This document shows positions 60,377 through 64,000 of a stretch of 64,000 nt of DNA, piece after piece. The number at the start of each line of letters is the position of its first letter. Positions within the stretch are counted from its first letter, which is position 1. Under the pieces are notes generated by a model that did no database searches, was not told the DNA's origin, and saw only the letters and a program-made list of their open reading frames with translations. The translations under genes and the position numbers were made by a program. The stretch lies in contig CAXXWX010000016.1 in NCBI GenBank assembly GCA_963675745.2, forward strand, positions 160,001 through 224,000, written 5' to 3'. The stretch comes from Phycisphaerae bacterium (GTDB lineage Bacteria > Planctomycetota > Phycisphaerae > UBA1845 > Fen-1342).

Positions 60377-62581
60377 ATGGAGATTAAGTCACTCGTCCAA
60401 CTAATCGGCAGCGGCAACACCAAGACCGTCGAGGAGCACTGGCTTGAGCTGCTCGAAGCATCGGAGCTGACCGTGGCGCAGCTCTGCCGCTACGACGAGG
60501 TCCTCGCGGAGCTGGTGCGGGTGGAGAACACCCAACTGGCGGAGGAACTCGCCTGGGCGACTCTGGAGTCGCTGGGCAGTCGGTTCGCGCCGCAGGAGAT
60601 GCTGGAACTGGCGGGCAGGTTTCTGCTGGCGGTCGGCGATAGCCCCGAATTGCGCGCGGAGACCGGCGCACTATATCGCAAGACACACGGAGAGGTGGAA
60701 GGATTCGACGCCCTGCTGGCCGAAGCCGGCCTGGAGGAGGGGCGCCCCGTGCGGCGGGCGTTGCGCACGCTGGAGGTCTGCCTCGAAGTCCAGGAAGGGG
60801 CGTACCTCGCCGCCCGCGACGACGGCGGGGCTGCCCGCGTGGAGCGGATCGAGCGTTCCAAGTGGGAATACACCCTCGACACGGGAGCGAGATCACTCAA
60901 GCTCGGGGCGGTGCACCTCGCGGATCGCTATACCTTGGCCGAGCGCGCTGACTTCAAAGTGTTGCGGTGTTTCTTCCCGGAGGAGCTGGCCGAGCAGCTC
61001 AAGAACAACCCCGTAGATACGTTGATCGAGATCTGTCGGCGGCACGGGAACGAAATCGACAGCGACCGGCTGGAGCTGATGCTGGTGCCCGCGCTGGTGC
61101 CCGCGGAGGACTGGAAGAAGTGGTTCACCGCGGCGCGCGGGGCGTTGCGGCGCACGGCCCACGTGGCGATCGAAGGGCGCGGACCCTGGATCATCCGCTA
61201 CCATGAGGATGCCGTCTCGCCGGAGGATGATTTCCACGCCGCCTTCAAGACGAAGCGCACCCCGGCGGCGCGCTTCGCCGCCCTGGAGACCTACGCCCGC
61301 GAGTCTAAGCAACGCAAGCTAGAAGTGTCCGCCGAAGTGCTGTCCCAGGTAAGCACCTGGTTCGTCGAGCACGCCCGCCAGCGCACGCAGAAGCAGCGAG
61401 CGGACGCCGGGGAATACTGGATGTACGCCCGCCGCGCCGGTGAGCTTGCGGGGCTGGACGAGCCGATCGAGCAAGCCCGCGCCTGGGTGCGACAACTGCC
61501 CGACTTGCGCCCGGAGCTGACCAGGCTGGATGACGACGCCCTCATCCTGGCCTTCTGCAATACGGTGGTGGAGGCCCGCCCCGAAACCTGGCAGACGGAG
61601 CTGGCGGCCCTCTTCCCCCTGCTTCCCGGTTCGGCATGTGAGGCGACTGCCCAACGGCTGACAGAGGCAGGCTACGGGCCGGCGGACTGGGTTTTGGTGG
61701 TGAATCAGATCCTGGCTGACCCGGTCGCCAATTTCGACGCCCTGCTCTGGCTGTGGGATCGCCCTTCCAACTTAGTGGTAACCGAGGAACTGGCGCCTAC
61801 TACGATCCTCGCGCGTATCCTGGCGGTACTGGAGCAGGCGCAGCGACTGGAGGGCGTGACCAAGGAGCGAGCCAAGAAGATCGGAGCGCGCGCCCGGGCG
61901 GTCCTCGGGGCACGTAAGCGCGTACGCTTCGGCGAATGTCTCGTAACGCTCGAGGCGGGCTTGGCCCGGGCGTGGCGCACGCAGCTTAACCGCCTCGACA
62001 ACCTCGGCCGGGCGGTGCGCGAGGACCTGGTGCGCGACATCAACGACAAGTTCCCCGTGCTCTACCGCAAACCCAGCCGCGAACTCTGGGAACAGGACGA
62101 CGTGCTCTACGTGACTATGGCGGGCATGACGCGGCAGCAGGCGCAGATCGATGACCTGGTCAACGTGAAGATGCGCGAGAACGCCAAGGCGATCGGGTTG
62201 GCCGCGGAGAAGGGCGACCTCAGCGAGAACTCGGAGTACAAGTTCGCGTTGGAAGAGCGTGACCTCCTGCGGGCTCGCCTGGCCCAGATGAACATCGAGG
62301 TCGGAATAGCCCAGATCCTTTCCGAGGACTCCATCCCCACCAACCGCGTGGGCATCGGCACCCGGGTGGTGCTGGAGCGCATCACCGACCAGGAGCGACA
62401 CGATTTCTGCTTCCTGGGCCCGTGGGATACCAACCAGGAGAGACGCATCTTCAACTACAAGACGCCGCTGGCGCAGCGTTTTCTCGGTAGGAAGGTGGGA
62501 GATGAGGTGGAGCTCGACCTCGCAGAGGTCGCGGGCACCTATCGCATCGTCGAACTGCGGAACGAAATGCTGGAGCATTGA
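60377..62581 (+). CDS. Long GreA/GreB-domain protein with a large N-terminal extension
   Basis: C-terminal GDLSENSEY, VGIGTRV, LGPWD..YKTPLA..LG.KVGD. Confidence 0.85.
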   Translation: MEIKSLVQLIGSGNTKTVEEHWLELLEASELTVAQLCRYDEVLAELVRVENTQLAEELAWATLESLGSRFAPQEMLELAGRFLLAVGDSPELRAETGALYRKTHGEVEGFDALLAEAGLEEGRPVRRALRTLEVCLEVQEGAYLAARDDGGAARVERIERSKWEYTLDTGARSLKLGAVHLADRYTLAERADFKVLRCFFPEELAEQLKNNPVDTLIEICRRHGNEIDSDRLELMLVPALVPAEDWKKWFTAARGALRRTAHVAIEGRGPWIIRYHEDAVSPEDDFHAAFKTKRTPAARFAALETYARESKQRKLEVSAEVLSQVSTWFVEHARQRTQKQRADAGEYWMYARRAGELAGLDEPIEQARAWVRQLPDLRPELTRLDDDALILAFCNTVVEARPETWQTELAALFPLLPGSACEATAQRLTEAGYGPADWVLVVNQILADPVANFDALLWLWDRPSNLVVTEELAPTTILARILAVLEQAQRLEGVTKERAKKIGARARAVLGARKRVRFGECLVTLEAGLARAWRTQLNRLDNLGRAVREDLVRDINDKFPVLYRKPSRELWEQDDVLYVTMAGMTRQQAQIDDLVNVKMRENAKAIGLAAEKGDLSENSEYKFALEERDLLRARLAQMNIEVGIAQILSEDSIPTNRVGIGTRVVLERITDQERHDFCFLGPWDTNQERRIFNYKTPLAQRFLGRKVGDEVELDLAEVAGTYRIVELRNEMLEH

Positions 62582-62833
62582 CGCCCGGCAGGATGGCACG
62601 GTCCGGTTCGGCAGGGTGGCACGGTCCAGCTCCGCTGGGCCGTGTGATAGCGTGTAGCGGCCGACCCCCGTGGCGACCAACGGATTACGAGAGACCTTCG
62701 AACCTTTACGTCCGCCCCAGCAGGCGGACACTACACAAGGCAATCTCCTGTCATAGGCCCTTGACTCGCTGCCTGGCTTGCGTGATACCGGCGTGCTCTT
62801 GCGAAGGCACGCTGAGAATAAAGGAACACTCCC

Positions 62834-63898
62834 ATGCACGCCGCGATCATCGGTTTGCCGCAATCGGGCAAGAGCACCGTCTTCGCCGCCGTGACCGGCA
62901 AGACCGTCGATCCCTATGCCCCACCGGAGCCGCGCCGCGCCCTGGCCCACGTGCCCGATCCCAGGCTCGAGTTCCTGGCTCAGCTCTGCAACCCCAAGAA
63001 GGTCACCGAGGAGACCATGGAGTTTCTCGACGTACCCGGCTTCTCCCTGGATACGCCTAAGGGCCAGGATGATTGGCGGCGGATGTTGCCCACGGTGCGG
63101 CTGGCTGATCTGCTGGTAGTCGTGGTGCGGGCGTTTGAAACTGAGTCGGTCCCAGCCTACCGAGGTCGGATCGATCCCGTGGCTGACTTCGCGGAGGTCT
63201 GGGATGAGCTGATCTTCGCCGACCTGGAGACGGTTACCAACCGGATGGCCAAGGTCGAGGCCGCCCTCAAGAAACCCTCCAAGTCCCACGACGCCGAGAA
63301 GCATGAGCTGGCCCTGCTGACGCGCTGCCGCGAGGCCCTCGAAGAAGGCACGCCCTTGTCAACAGTGATCACTTCCGAAGACGACCGCAAGCTGGTGCGC
63401 AGCTTCGCCTTTCTAACCGAACTACCGATCGTCTGTGTGCGGAACGTGGCGGACGATCAGGTGGCAACAGCTACCCCGCTGGAACTGGAGCACGTGTCGG
63501 CATCTCTGGTGCTGAGCGCAGAGATTGAAGCCGAAATCAGAGCTCTTGATGAGAAGGATCGGGCGGCCTTTGTTGCTGATCTCGGCTTGCCGGAGCCCGC
63601 CCGCGCCCGTCTGATCCACGCCTGCTATCAGGCCGGTGGGTTAATCTCGTTCTTGACTATGGGGCCTGCCGAGGTGCGCGCCTGGTCCGTGCCCAAAGGC
63701 GCGACCGCGGTCGAAGCCGCCGGCACAATCCACACTGACTTAGCCCGTGGGTTCATTAGAGCCGAGACCATCGCCTACGACGAACTCGTCGCTCAGGGCG
63801 ATATGAAGAACGCCAAGGCGGCCGGCAAGGTGCGCAAAGAGGGAAAGAACTACATAGTCCAGGACGGAGACGTAATGCTGATCCTGGCAAGCACGTAG
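62834..63898 (+). CDS. ychF: YchF/Obg-like ATPase
   Basis: GLPQSGKST, VPDPRL, DVPG, EVRAW..AAGTIHTDLARGFIRAE, EGKNYIVQDGD. Confidence 0.88.
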   Translation: MHAAIIGLPQSGKSTVFAAVTGKTVDPYAPPEPRRALAHVPDPRLEFLAQLCNPKKVTEETMEFLDVPGFSLDTPKGQDDWRRMLPTVRLADLLVVVVRAFETESVPAYRGRIDPVADFAEVWDELIFADLETVTNRMAKVEAALKKPSKSHDAEKHELALLTRCREALEEGTPLSTVITSEDDRKLVRSFAFLTELPIVCVRNVADDQVATATPLELEHVSASLVLSAEIEAEIRALDEKDRAAFVADLGLPEPARARLIHACYQAGGLISFLTMGPAEVRAWSVPKGATAVEAAGTIHTDLARGFIRAETIAYDELVAQGDMKNAKAAGKVRKEGKNYIVQDGDVMLILAST

Positions 63899-64000
63899 GG
63901 TGCGTCCCGGACGCACCGGTTGAAGGATTGGCGATTGCAGATTGTGGATTGGCGATTGGGGGGTAGGTAGAAGTAACAGACCGGTTCCGCAAGTTCCTTC
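63887..64000. repeat. Second copy of the GTAG-REP/heptamer cassette (runs off the window)
   Basis: GCAAGCACGTAGGGTGCGTCCCGGACGCACC..GATTGTGGATT..GAAGTA.CAGA..CGCAAGT.CCTTC matches 58605-58711. Confidence 0.8.

Noticed and set aside
54866..64000. Intergenic repeats as a CRISPR array
   Set aside because: Dispersed and palindromic, with no regular repeat-spacer periodicity and no cas genes.
51000..64000. Impression that the right arm has different codon usage (chimeric contig)
   Set aside because: Cannot be quantified by eye; needs tetranucleotide and coverage analysis, and glycan operons often differ anyway.

Overview
GC-rich bacterial chromosome segment, most consistent with Planctomycetota class Phycisphaerae (inference from dockerin-like C-terminal domains, DCNxNGxPDxCD repeats, a DUF4159/prenyltransferase-repeat protein, a Ser/Thr kinase, PEP-CTERM and long GreA). 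1-34.9 kb holds housekeeping and signalling genes (GTs, rnpA, FIST, recO, rpsO, pnp, csp, FHA-GAF kinase, STK, DedA, EamA, tricorn protease), secreted repeat proteins and a hypCDE-AB-hoxFUYH-W NAD-coupled [NiFe]-hydrogenase operon with a Rex/CRP-like palindrome. 35-50 kb is a mobile-element pile-up: two different group II intron halves, IS21 fragments, IS256, IS630 and IS701, shattering a large secreted protein. 50-64 kb holds a PEP-CTERM gene, a Wzm/Wzt glycosyltransferase operon, REP-like repeats, a candidate structured RNA, long GreA and YchF. The highlight is a compact ~2.77 kb large-serine-recombinase element (35886-38651) inserted at an AA core inside the conserved 'FFD' codons of a group II intron reverse transcriptase. 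In-silico excision restores the RT frame and forms a symmetric attP. It also places an ATG just after the recombinase stop in frame with the element's accessory gene, so the full-length gene appears to exist only in the excised circle. The two flanking RT halves look like different intron classes, suggesting a parasite of group II introns that targets a conserved RT motif.
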